From the NCBI GenBank assembly GCA_964035545.1, contig OZ037770.1, forward strand, positions 14,126,642-14,190,641: 64,000 nucleotides of DNA, written 5' to 3'. Numbering within the stretch: position 1 is the first letter of the stretch; the number at the start of each line of letters is the position of its first letter. Of this stretch, positions 42,633 through 58,700 are shown in pieces. This stretch comes from Bugula neritina (Eukaryota > Animalia > Bryozoa). The notes under the pieces are model-generated. The model did not search any database. It saw only the letters and a list, made by a program, of their open reading frames with translations, and was not told the origin of the DNA. Position numbers and translations under genes: made by a program.

Positions 42633-43593
42633 GTTCTATAAAACATTCTATAACTAACAACGCTAGTTATAGAATGTGTTTGTAGACTGTTGAAGTTCAT
42701 TAAACAATAATAGGTTAAAAATGTGACTCTATTATTATATATATTTGTTTGCCATTTTCCTGACTGGAGTTGCCTTCTATATTTACCAGCATCAATGATG
42801 TTTGTGTTGGAAAGAGAAAGTAATTTCATCAAGTTAAATGCTGCTAGTTTGTATAGAAGACAACTTTTACTAGCTAGTGTAAACGAAAAGTTTTATAACA
42901 TATAATCAATCCTTGAAAGTAGACAAATAGTAAATATCCAGCTTAATTAATTAATACACATCTTGATATTTAATTATTAATTTTTACAATTACAAATGCT
43001 TTAATAGCAAAGGCTAAAAACAGAAATCATGAAAATATATTATAAATGTGCCAACATCATGTGATAAACCCATGTGAATGATTAAACCATAAATATAGTA
43101 AAATAGAAAGTCTTTTTCAAACGTGTCACATAACTTGTCAATGATGACAGAGTTTCCAGGTCATTTTTTTTCAGATTACAGAATTTTAAGTGATCTGTGT
43201 AAATAAAATGATGCTTTTTGATTGATTCAATAATTTACAGGGTAGATATAATTATTTTAACACATGTTTATTTGAATTAACGCAAAATGCACTCATAAGT
43301 AAAAACAGATATGGAAAAATACATGTGTGTAGAAAAAAAATTAAAATGGAAATTAGCAGAAAACCATGCAAAAGAAATATATTCAAAGCGCATTCTTTTT
43401 TGCTTAGGCAAAAACTTTAGCTGCTATTTATTCCAATATGAACAGGTCTAGAAAAGTCAAACTAAAAATACCATTACAAAGCTCAAAGTAACATTCTAGT
43501 ACTCTTATCATAGTAATCAAAATCTCATAATATAAGATATTTCTCATGAAGCTTGACTTAAGATTTATGGTAAAAATAACAAACACATTTCTA

Positions 43594-45608
<2,015 letters not shown>

Positions 45609-45979
45609 GGAGTAAATAAGTGTTTGGAACATCAACACATGCGGAAAGCAAAATATCTTCTACTATGACAAGTTACAAATTACAAATTATAATGTTTTAA
45701 TATTTGTTTGCATTTTATCTTATACAGGATATGACATCCTAACACATTATGAGAACAGAGTTTTGAAAAAGTAAGACAACTTTTATCATCCAGTCAGAGA
45801 AAAATGATCAAAGAAAGTGTTTAAGGGATAAAAATTTCTATAACAAAACATTTTTTGAACAGTTCGAGCAATGCAGATATAATTTTTAAATAATTAGTTT
45901 TCAAAAGGAAGTTATCACAGAACATTATTGTATAATATTTCTTCAAATTCTTTTTTATGAAACATTTCTGTTCTGAAAT

Positions 45980-47544
45980 TTAATAGCCATGGACTTCAAC
46001 TTCATACAAGTTCACAACAGTAGTTGCATTAAACAGAATCTGAACAAAGCGGCCTCTGATTGGTTGATCACATGTAACCAGAGTGTAGTATCTGTTGAGA
46101 TAACCATCAACATATTTACACAGAACTTCTCTGTTAGATCCAGTAAACTCCATATCTCCCTCTACCATAGCAACTGTTACTTCTGTGTTGACTGATCTCT
46201 TATACCATGTTTTTCCTACAGAAAGTGGAAATTATTTGGTATATATTGAAAAAGAGAGTGGGATAGGCAATACATAACAAACAAAGTATAAAATAAAATT
46301 GCTGTAAAGTTATATATTATGAAAAGGAAAAAAGCAAACACATCTTACTATTAAGAATGTTCACAGCCCAGATAAAATGAGTCTTCAGAAGATCCACTCT
46401 CCACCAAGGTCTGAACTGTGTCTTGGAATGAGCCATTGAAATCTCAGGGTATGAGTCATTGTAAATTCCGTCTACAGCTAGCCCAGCTTCGCATACCAAA
46501 CCATAAGGTGTAAGAAGAATAGAGACCATTTTAGTTGGTTTACCTGCGTAAATGACAAAATTACGCAGTAAATGTGTAATGACTGTGTTAACTTGTGAAG
46601 TTATATGCAACACATTTTTGTGAAACTTTGACAGTGTTTATATTTTATCAACTTTTTATAAAAAAAGACAATTTTTAATTATTAAAGTAAAATATTGCTC
46701 AAAACATTCAGTGCTAAAATGATAAAATACAAGCTACTGCATGGTTATGCTAAACCCTAATTTTTTATAGATACCTCTAGCTAAGAGTTTGTTCGATTTA
46801 GGTCTAGCATCTTTTGCCACGTAGAAATCATATCCATCTCCTCTTCCTTTAGAATACAGGTTCCTGTCAATGTACGTTTTCAGAGAGCACTTCTTGGTTA
46901 ACCAATAAAATACAAGTCCCTGACATTCTTTTATCTCGTTACATCGTAGAGCACAGTGGCTAGTGGTGGGGGATAACTCAGAGTCATTTGACGTTACATC
47001 CGTTAATGAAGAGTTTTCAGGTAGAACGTAACTTGTGTAGAAAACATTTTGGTCGCCAGATATGATCAAAGGAAGTAGCCCACCAATAAGCACTACTAAA
47101 ACAAAAAACATACGTATCTAAAAAGTTGTTGCATGTGATGCTATAAATTGTAACAAGCAAGAACTAATTTTTGTTTTCTTCTGCACTTTCAAATCTAAAG
47201 TTTTTAAAACGTAACAGCTGTAGTTAAAAGATTACAGAAACGAAAAACTAAACCAATCATTTGATCACATAAAAATTTTATAAAATAAGTGCAAACCTAC
47301 ATTAGATGACCTCAGACAAATTTGTTTAGAAAAAATTATAAATATATAAAGAATGTATAGGTTTGCCAAAATAATGTATATCAGCTTGCTAAGAATTTCA
47401 TGTATAAAGCATGCACTGCCGTAATGTGAAGCCATTCTGATAGCAAATTTTTGAGAAAAGAACAAAAATTATTTTATACTGTATTGTATTTGATAGAAAA
47501 ACTTACAGATACTGTAACTTACCATAAATGTTTAATACGTTCAT
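45980..47544 (-). CDS. Secreted PAN + F-type lectin, copy D, 257 aa
   Basis: Exons 47544-47523, 47095-46775, 46543-46349 and 46215-45980, in phase. Confidence 0.85.
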
Positions 47545-49658
47545 CGCCTTGGATTTTGTAAGCTCGTCTGCCGTATAAATTAGCTTATTTGAATTTTAAA
47601 AGCACTTTGGAGCTGCTATAGCATAGAAAAAATCAATATCTAATATATTGCTTAGCTAAAGCAAACCACCTTATTTGCTATATTTTTCTTTGATTTAGAT
47701 TCTAAACAGCAATATAGATAAATTAAACCATTATAATACTATAAGAACATTGAACCCTGCACAAAAGAACATATTATTTAAAGATCTAAATTTGAAACGC
47801 AATCAATTAATTTGTGTTTAAACTTGTGATGAGAAAGTTGAAAATAGTTGGCAGTAATATTATTCAAATAGAAATATTTTGTCACACTTTTTAACTATCT
47901 TGCTTCGGAGAAATGTAAAAGAGAATAATAAAAGTATAGTCAAATTTTTATAGTAGGTTATCAGAGTAGAAATATATATTTATTATAATCTTAACAGATC
48001 TATTAAACTCTAACAATTTTTGTAAGTAGTAAATGTATGTATAACAGCTATTTAATATATTCTATATAAGGCACAAAGCTTTTGATATGCTGTCAACCAG
48101 AGTAAATTATTATTAAAAACATTTGCCGAGTAAGAAATATTGTGTTTAAAATTGCTTGATATACACCATATCTTATCATCATTGATGAATTGGTATAAAT
48201 TGTCACCAAAAAATTGCTTAATATTATCAAAACAAAGTGTCTCACTTGTATAGTATGCAGTATATGCTAGCAGCAATTGGTAAACTGCGGGGAATCCCTT
48301 TTCAGCTCATCGTGTTTGTGCACATAACTCCAGTTATTACAGCTTTAAATTCATTATAACTATCAAACAACCCATTAAACAGATTAATTATGAGATTTTA
48401 TGTTATTTCGCATAAACATCTCATCAGCATTTCACAATAACATCCTAATCAGGTACCTATTCACTAGATTATAAGGCATTGTGGGTATTTCTTATTGCTT
48501 AGCATGATAAATATGTTTAAAGGTGCCCACCTGGGTCCACCATATCAGAAGCAGTGATATATACAACCGGTCTTGCAACTAAATTTATTCAGTAAAAGAA
48601 ATTTTACTGTAAGCAGACAAATAGTATTTTAATAAATAAAATTGTATGATAAACCTGCATAGTTTTCCAAATTTTTTTTTCATTCATATTTTTATGATTG
48701 CATGTGGTTCAGAATTAAAAAATATATCCTTATTTAAATTAGGCTTCCAATATTTTATTTGGTTGAATAAAATCATAAAGCATTCTCTCTATTCAACTTG
48801 CCAACTATGAAAAAGATTATTTATTAATCTGAACATAAAACTCCTATTAAACATTTATAGCTGTCACCAATACTACAACCATAACTAATCATCCAGATTA
48901 TGGTAACAACCATTAACAGGAAAAGCTACACGGTTGAGCGGTTACCACACTCAATGAGTCAGTTCTTACCAGATTGTATCAGTGACTACCCACAGGTGAA
49001 GGGTAGTAACCAACTTGTGGGACGTATAGGTTAGTTGTTTATGTTTGTGTTGTTATTGGGATTACACATATAATTAAGTTAACTCACACACAGAGGAGGT
49101 AAACAACATTGTCTGATATTGGCTACTGTAATCAGGTATATTAAACAGTTTTATATATAACACTACTCTTGTAGAATGATGTATGTATTTTGCTTGTATG
49201 TATCTTGTAAATTCACCAAATGTATATATAACATTATAGCTACAGTATAGGAATACTTGTTAAATGGTAATAAGCTATGTTTTGTTTACATTGTTTACGT
49301 TGTGATAAATCATTAAATGCAATTACATGTCTTCAGACTGATTAGGTTTAGTGAGAATGATTCTTAGACTTTATGATTGTGTTATAGTACACTACTATAG
49401 CACATACTTAAAATAGTCTATCTCCAATAATAACTTGACCAATAACTACTACGTTGCTTTTATACCTTCACGATTAAACCTAATGTCTGCTGTTGATTAA
49501 AATCAATTTATTCCGAGTAGTCATCACCCTAAAAGTCTTGATCTATATAAATTTTAGCTATTCAAGTAAAGTATCAGACTTTGAGTAGTCTTTTTCAATA
49601 ATTGTTGTGTCACAGCTTAAATTATCAGCAACAATTAATTTTTTTCAGATTCTGTATA

Positions 49659-52600
49659 ATGATTTGGATTCATGAATATGATAAACTCATTGTTCTACTA
49701 GTCATCGCTGTGGGTAAGTTATAGTTGAATCAGTGAAATGAACCAGCGATTTAGTGCTATTTTAGTTTCTTACAGTATTTGTAGTTGGACTATAGTTGTA
49801 TTTTGCTGTATATAATTTGACTATGTTTTGCAAATGAACTTTTACATAACAGCTAACAGTAGTTTGTGATTAGTTTTTTGCTAAAGTGATGACTGGCTTG
49901 AAAATCACTCTGAAGCTAGTTTTAATGGTGTTTATTATTCATTTGTTTAAAATCAAACAAAATTATTTTCATTGATATTTGAATTGCATCCTATATACTA
50001 TAACTCTATATTAATAGAATGGAAATCATAAATTTACAAAGCTTATGTAAAGAGATTCAAAGTATAATAAGTATGTTTCAATTACTGTAGGGGTGACAAT
50101 ACAGTCAAGCTATGCAGACCAGGTTCAAGCATGTCTTTTGAGAGAAGACCTCAAACAGAGGGAGATATCTTGTCCTGACTCAGACACAAGGATATCTATA
50201 GAACGCGTACAGACGGCCTATGCATCTGACAACTGTGGCAATCGGACATGTCCCTTCTCTATTAGCTCTTCACATGTTTACTACCAACACATCAATGCTA
50301 CTTGCGGCAATAGAGCTTCGTGTACCATAGATGCACAGCAACTAGCTGACAATTTTTCTAATTCATTCAGAGATTGCAACAGCGGAGGAAATAGCCGGAA
50401 TTTTGTAACAATCGTGTTCTCCTGCATTTCAGGTATTTCTAGTGTGTTGTATCTTTTTAGCATTAATAAGAAATCAGAGTCACATATAAATTGAGGTTTA
50501 CTTCAAACCATATGTTCTTTTATTCTGCCACAGTAAATCTTCTTCCTTCAAATATTATATGGCAATACATGTATGCTCATAGTTACCTACTACTATAAAT
50601 GATTGTTGAAAAATGTCAAAAAATGCTGTAACTAACATAATCAAAACATTACAGCTACGCAATTACTTAAAAGCTTTCATGAATTTTATTACTTATTATT
50701 TGTATTTAACTCTCTGTGGTATACACAGTAGATGTACATTTTCTTTAAAGGCATGTAGTAAAGCAGTTTATTCAACAACTTCTTGCACTGTTAAATCAAA
50801 CACTTAGCATAAGTTAGATGTACAAAAACTAGTTCTACTACACCGAGCCAATATTGTATAGTGGCGGTTTAGTTGAAGGCTTATAATTCAGCTTAAATTA
50901 AGCTGCATGTAGAGATGGCTAGCCTAGTAGAATCTGCTAGTTGACTATTTAGCATAATCGATGACTCACCTATACTGTGTTTATTCAATAACATTTTGTT
51001 AATATATTAGCGGTTGTCATGGAAATGAATAACTATGTTAGGTTTTCCTTGTTGAGCAACACTGTATTGAATACATTAAAGTGAGCTCATTTAATGAACT
51101 GAGCTATAACACATTTATAGCAATATCACCTGTCATTTGGCGATACTTTGAAATACAATTGTCACTTAAGAGATAAAATGAATAACTTCTAAAATGAACT
51201 TATTATTGTTTCTAGGAAATAGAAGCTAGTTTATTATTCAGATTTATCAAGAGTGTTCTTTTTTAAAAGATACTATGATAAACCCCTTTTATATATTTGA
51301 AATGACAGTTGGGTTTTAAAAATAACTGGTTTATTGTAAAAAGATAAAGCTTTACTCTCACCATCAAACCATTTAAGTGCAGTACAATACATGTATATAC
51401 ATACAATTACCTTATCCAGCTGTGCAAGACATTTTGTAAAACTGTTTTTTTAGAATCGCAAATTCTGTTAGCACACAACTGCTACAAAATATACCTATTG
51501 ATAATGTTTTATGTTTCAGCATCTGCTACTTCCACCACCACATTGCCATCAATTTCAGCAAAACCACAGAGATTCCTCCAAACTTTTATGAATTTTAATT
51601 CTACATTTTCTCTATTTTTTCAAGGCTTTTTGATGCCAGCCTTTATAGTTACGACTGAACCAGCTAGTTTATCAAGTAATAACTTGGAACCGAGCCAAAG
51701 GACACCGACTCATGCACCTGTGGCGAAACTACCACCAGTGAAATCATTAGCAGAAACAACCAATCAAACGCAAGCACCAGTCACGACTTTAAGCTCGAAG
51801 GAAAATATTCTTCAACCCAACACCACTACAGCTCCAAACAAGCGTGTGACTGGCATATTTGGTGAAATTGAAAATATAAAACATGAAAATGAGTCAGAAA
51901 TAACGTTGAAATCAACCAACAAGAAACAAAATGAAAGCTTAAATACTGGCACCAATGTGCTTGGCTTCCAAACCACATTTGTCTCAAATCAAGTCAATAA
52001 TGGCGATGAAATCGTAGCCTCTACACTTTCAAACGCAGGTAAAGTAAACCAATATAGTCCGTAATGAATTAGTGTATTTCAAAACAAAAAATGTCACTAG
52101 ATTGCTATTGTGCAATTCTTTTACTTGCTGAGAAACTAGCACAAGCACTTTTAGTTTACTCTATTGATTCATTACCTAGTCAAGAATACAATAATTCAAG
52201 TGAGACAAACTTCATAGACAGAAAGTTTGATAATTTGAGAAGTTGCTTCCTCTCACCATTCATGCCAAAATAATACTAGTAAAATAACTAAGAATATTCT
52301 TTCTATTTAGTTTTTAACATATTGTATGAATTTTAATGATGCTGATTTAATGATGACAAACTGTTAGGATAAAAACTGGATCATCTCTAAGATTGTTTTG
52401 TTGAATTGCACAAAGTTACCAACTCATGTCTTCTAATGTAATATTATTAAGCTGCATGATAAATAAAGTTACTACTAGATGTTGTTTTGGTTTTAGATCA
52501 GCCAATCAACACAGATAATGGAAGATTAATGGTGATCATTGTAATTTCTGTGATGTCAGTTCTAATAGTGACAATAATTTCACTAATTCTGGCGTTGTGC

Positions 52601-54347
52601 TTTGTCAAGAAACGAGGGTAAGATATTTTTTAAACTCATTTCAACAAGAAATTCAATATTTTGCTGATACAAATTTTTGAAAATATACTTATTAACAACA
52701 ATATTTTGCAAACAGTGCCATGCATATGCACTAATGCACTAGCTTTATTATAAATATCATAATCTATCATTATGTCACATTATGTTTGAACTAAATTTAT
52801 ATTATAATGTAATTAAATGATGGTAATATTTAATAGAAAACAAAGAAATATCCGGTTGACAAAGACCAAACCAATTGGGACTTTAGCTTCGTCAGATGCG
52901 TATGATATAATAGATGATGGAACACTGAACGGTATGTTTAGCAAAATACTCTTTTCTATTGTCTATTTCAATAGCATATTGAATTATTAGTAATGCATGA
53001 CATAGTTTAAATATAGAATGGCACAGTATAAAGTATATGACCTAATACATTGTTTATCAAGTGATGCAAGTACATATTGAATATTTTATTTAACCAAATT
53101 ATATATGCACTAGCCCAGGGAGCAGCCGTGGTCTAGGGGTTAGAGCGTTTGCCTAGTAAACACGAAGGTCATGGGTTCGAGCCCAGACAAAGGCCATTGG
53201 TGATGTTAGGAAGAGCATCCAGTCATAATTGCTCCTGTGCCTCATTTAAATAAGTCCTTAGCCCACTTTAACAAAAACCCTTTCTATCAGGGATTTCTCA
53301 CAGGGATAGCTACTATAAACTTGCGTGAGTATATATGTGCTAGCCCAAGATCCATACTTTGCAGGTTCTAGGATGGATGCTTATTACACCTCTCCACATT
53401 TATCAACGCCTGCAGGCTATTATATAGAAGCCACTTCACCAATATCTAAAAGCAGTATGCAATCAGGTATGCAGTTTATGTTAGTTTGCTATATACAAAT
53501 AGTAGTCGTTCCTTTAAAAATATTGCTGCCTCAAATACAGCAAGGTTTATTTATCTTTAACACACACAGTATCATGATGTTTATAAACAATTAGCAATAC
53601 TATGATAATTTTCAAATAAAGGTTTAATAAAATAGCATGATAGGATAGTTCATAGGCAAAAATATACATATAAAATATTGTAATATAGTATATATTGTAG
53701 CATAACTCATATTAGATGTTTACATATTATTTTAACTCATTACTGCTATGAAATGGCATGTTTTTGTTATCTTGTTTAATAGTGTGAGAATTTTATAAGT
53801 TGGTATACATTGTAAGGTTTTTCTAGCGTAATATGTTTTACTTTATATTTGCAAAACAGGTGGCAGCTATTCTAATTCTGTTGACACTGGTGAATATTAT
53901 GAAGCTGTTAATGCTGAAAATGCCAACTATGATATTGCTGTTAATGGTAAGTTGCTATAAGCACAAGCATGCAAATTAAAATTCATTTAAATGCGTATAT
54001 TTACACTTTTTTAAGTTTTTGCTTATTGCTAATTTTTGATGAGATTGGTTAGTGAATTCCATAATTAACCTATAAGATATATTATACAGTAATTTCACTT
54101 TTATTGCTAATAATAATTAAAATTCCTTTGTCTAGTCTGAAACTTATTTTTTTATCAATGTATAGGATATAGCAATGTCTATGCTAAAGTAAAAAAGACA
54201 CCCAAGACAGATGGAGCTCCTATGCTACTTGTTAATGACTTATATGAGCCTATGTCAACATCTAATAGAGATATACCTATGCATACTTATAGCAATGACA
54301 ATCAAACAATAATAATTGAGAATGACCTATATAATCATTGGAATTGA
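49659..54347 (+). CDS. Type I membrane receptor: SUEL/rhamnose-binding-lectin-like domain, S/T/P-rich stalk, TM and Tyr-rich tail, about 500 aa
   Basis: Exons 49659-49713, 50091-50432, 51520-52038, 52497-52617, 52837-52931, 53365-53466, 53860-53946 and 54166-54347 (1503 nt, in phase). Signal-like N-terminus; 8-Cys SUEL-like spacing; TM LMVIIVISVMSVLIVTIISLILALCFV followed by KKR. Confidence 0.8.
53118..53330 (+). mobile_element. tRNA-derived SINE
   Basis: A-box-like GTGGTCTAGGGG, B-box GGTTCGAGCCC, core TTAGGAAGAGCATCCAG; about 17-bp TSD ATATATG(CA/TG)CTAGCCCA at 53101-53117 and 53331-53347; two more copies in the window. Confidence 0.85.
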
Positions 54348-55010
54348 ATAGCTCTTCAAACAACTGTATTTTTATAATTTTGTATAAACCATTTATTATA
54401 TTTTATTTTTTTTAGTCATTTTATGAGAAACTTTCAACTATTTAGACTAGGGTATTTGCTGTAAATGGCTATGTTTTATTATATTTCTGGTGGATATATA
54501 TAATTTCAATTGATTCTGTCAATAGTTTTAGCAACTTTTACAGTTTTCATACTTTCATGATAATCCAGTATGTTTAGCAAATGTTATTTTGTAGATTAAC
54601 TTTATTTATAGATACTTATAAATAGAGGTAGGTATTTGATTTGGTATAGTTAAAATTCATTAACTTGAAACTTATTTATTTTCAAAGGTTGTAGCGATCT
54701 ACTCTTTACCTTTTCAAGCAAAAAGTTAATGCATGTGGTTATAATGGCATATATACTGCAAAAGATTAAAGATTTTAAATTAGTTTTTCAAACTCCGAAA
54801 CTAGTTAAAATATGTTTTGAATTTTTTATATAAAATAACATTATAATGATGTTAACAATAAACATATATTTTACTAGTTTCTACTTCCGAGTGCAGTTTT
54901 TGACATTTTTGGTTACAAATAAATTTTCCACAAACACTGAATAGTCCTACAATAAGCACAAACACCTCCATAAAAGATCAATCATACTTTTGTATTCGTA
55001 ATCCTATAAT

Positions 55011-55145
55011 TTGTCTATTGACAGTTGCTTGTTGCCTGTTGCTAATTGTTTATTGTCTGTTGCTGATTGCCGATTGCCATTTGCCAATTATCTGTTAGCT
55101 GTTGTTTACTGCCCATATTCAGTTGCCTAAATTGCCAGTTGCAAT
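55011..55145. repeat. Degenerate 7-bp tandem repeat (TTGCNNN-like)
   Basis: TTGTCTA/TTGCCTG/TTGCTGA/TTGCCGA/TTGCCAA periodicity. Confidence 0.7.
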
Positions 55146-55744
55146 GAATAATCAACTTTCTTTGAAGATTCAAACTAAATAAACTACTGCTTAAGCAAAT
55201 TATATTTAGAAATTAGACCTGTAATCTAACAGATTGACACTGTAGGAAATTTGTTTATGCCTAATTAGAACAGTTCTTATACAAGGTTAATGTGGGATTA
55301 GCTGTATGACCAGGAATATTTAAGTTATAGAAAAAAGTGATAATGGGCATTTTACAATTATTTTTAGAAATAAAAACTACAAAATATAGAATCTACAAAT
55401 AACTCTGCAATTAAAAAGTCAGTGTGTAACTATACTGAGAAAAAATTCAAGAATAAAGTTATATGTGGCTATGACAACTTCTGTCATTAATAATATCTTT
55501 GATATATACTATCAGATTACGTATACACACACAGACAAATGCACGCATATATATATATATACATAATATATATACTGTATATGCTGTATATGTTGTATAT
55601 GTTGTATATACTATATATAATACATGTATATGTATATATATATATAAACTCCTTATTTTGTCAATATTAATACTAAAAGTATTTATTAAGTTGCACAGCT
55701 CTGCAAATGTAATTATCCTCTATGTCAATTCTCAACGGCTATAG

Positions 55745-58700
55745 TTACACGTCACCATCTATTTTTGTTTCCACATTAGCACTTCTTCTTTTTCTCTTTC
55801 TGTGAATAAACTTCCCACACGCAGCAAATAAGATGACAATTAACTCAAATACTTCCATGAAGGATATTATAGACATTCCGATCCATAATCCAAGATGGCC
55901 GCCAATACTACCAATCAGGTCTTCCAACTAACAAATATATCATCATTACTGTTAAATTGACTGAACATTGTCACACACGAGTTAATGTAGTTTATTTTAC
56001 TATGCCTAATATCTCAGCTATGTGAATCGCTTATATTAACAAGACTATGATGTTATATTTCTATACATACTCACAGTCATACTAGCTCTCTGGATGTACA
56101 CATTATAGTTTAGACTTTCAAAGTAGAAGTCTACCGTAACCAGCTCAGACCGAATTCTTTCTCTATAGAAATTAACAAAGTTTTTAAATTTCAACCATTT
56201 TATGCTTTGTTACAATATATTCTTCAACTTCATCCTAATTTACTCAACATTTTGTGATTTAGTTCTCAAATCAAAGTTGTCTTCTCTAATAATTCAAGAT
56301 GATCAAAATAAATGGCAGTGCAACTGAAACTCTAGAACTAATTATTTGAATCGAGAACACATTTTCAATTACATATAATAAGTTATACAGAATAACATAT
56401 TTTCATTTTGAATCTCTAAACAAGTTATGTAACAGGCAAATCCAAAAGTCAAAGCTAAAACATATGTAAATTTTAGCCGAAATGCAAATCCTTAAATTTT
56501 AAATTCATATTTGCTTACTCTCTTTTTAAGAGGTTGTATTTAAAATTTTCATTTACAAAAATAAAATAATTTCTTACAAAGTATTTAAATCATTTTATAA
56601 ATGGATATTTGTTACCTTGTCCATGTAGCAGCTCCCTCTTGTATTGACTTTACACCTATCATAAGCATGGATGATCTCCAGAAATCCTAAGTTAAACAGA
56701 ATCACAGAAATTGATTCAAACACTTTGTAGCTGCATAAATTAGAGTCTAGTAAGTTACATCAATTTGTTTGTTCAAAACCCAACTTTCAACAATGGAAAT
56801 TTGTAACTTTACCTCTCATCACATTGATCATTAGTCTATAAAAGCTATAAAGCCTCATATTTGATTTAACATAAAACTTTATAGCTTATAGTTAATAAGT
56901 CTAATAAATATGCATTTTTAATTGTTATATTATATTAATAACCTGACTAAGATACACTTACCTCAAAGTTAATAGCTGGCCATTCGCTAAAAGATATGCT
57001 GTGATGGTATTGGGACTCCTGACAGGGTAGGGGACATGAACAGCTGTCTATGTCAGTTTTAAAATTGACAACGCAGTGATCTACAAGTACAAGTTGTACA
57101 AGTTATTGTTTGATGGAAATAAATATTATATTGTTATTACATACCTTACAAGTATATACATAATAACATAGTTGAGACATGAGTGATGCAGAATATAATA
57201 TTCCTAAAAGAGACAGCGTTCAAATTGGTTATGAAGATGGATGATATTGCATGGAGCAAGAACTTAGATTGAAAAGTAGGTCATTTGTAAAAAAAACTCC
57301 TTTCTATAAAATATGAGCCGGTCTCATATTGCATTAAAAATAGCTGCATGTTTTTTTTAGTCCTTAGATTATAGACACTATGCATGTCTATATACGAGTT
57401 TCAAAAAAAATTAATGTTTGCAAATATTTTAAATTGTAATATTCTAAATAGCTTTTAAATGTAAGAAATAGAAGGTTGTTTTATTACTTTGTTTTTAACA
57501 TTCATTGATAACAGTGTAGAAAGTTTATTTTTAATTCTATAAATTAAATACACATGTGTGACTAATTATTGTGATTAGGTTTTTTCTATACTCATCTTTA
57601 CGCTTATCTTATATAGTACGCACAAATTAATACAATTTTTAATTAGAAAATATTTAATTTATATGCCACTGAATGATAAATTAAGCAAATAACAATATAC
57701 TGTATATAGCAGAACATACAGTACTGGTGATAATCACAGATCACTTCGCCAGGTATAGGTGCGTATTGCATAGAAAGACAGCCACACTTCTCAACTATCT
57801 GCTTCTGTATACAAGTCATGTAACACCCCTGGAAAACCAAGTAAAGGAATAAATAGCAACATCATTGTAAAGTATTCAGCTTAAAATCTTAAAAAATAAA
57901 ATAAATCAAAAAATTAAAATTAAAAATAAAATATATGTTGCAAAAACATAAACCAAAGTAGGGAATGTTTTCTCTATAAAATTTTTTGTTTTAAACCTTT
58001 AAGTTATAGTTAAACGCAGTTGCTATTTCTACAAAACTAAACAGTATTGCATTTTCAAACTGATATAAGCAAAACATAATACAATTCTTAGAGTTGAGGT
58101 AATTTCGGAGCAGCTGTGTTTAACTAAACAGTAATAGATTACTCTGGCTTATATAATTCCTAAATCAAAATGTTGCTATACATATAGCCAAAAAGTTTGC
58201 ATCGTGAGAATTTTAACAAGAACATTACTAAACAATGACATACTAACACACTCGCTCTTATAAAACATTAGTAGTAACTAGAGCAGCCTAAAGTTTCATA
58301 TGACATTTACTGCTCAAAAAATTATATTTAAAAATTGATAAATCTGCTATATATTTAAACTGAACAAATGATATTAAATTGAGCAAGTAAAGTAGTATAT
58401 CTACAGAGAAATGAGAACCTAAGCTTAATAAAGCCAAGCAATTAAGCAATTATTATAAAATGTTGTAATATATGCAAATAGGTTGTTTGCCAACAGCTGG
58501 TATTTAAGCATTACAAAGTTAATTTATAATGCTTTTTCTATATAGGAAGTTTATTTACAATGAAAACACTTACGGTTTGGGTGTAAATTCCCGGGTAATT
58601 CCCATATTCAGAGTTTGTCTGCTTGGTACAGTTACTGTAGTTTGAGCCTTCCTGCCTTTTAATCTCAGACTGTAAGTAGAATATGGAGATTTATTACTTT

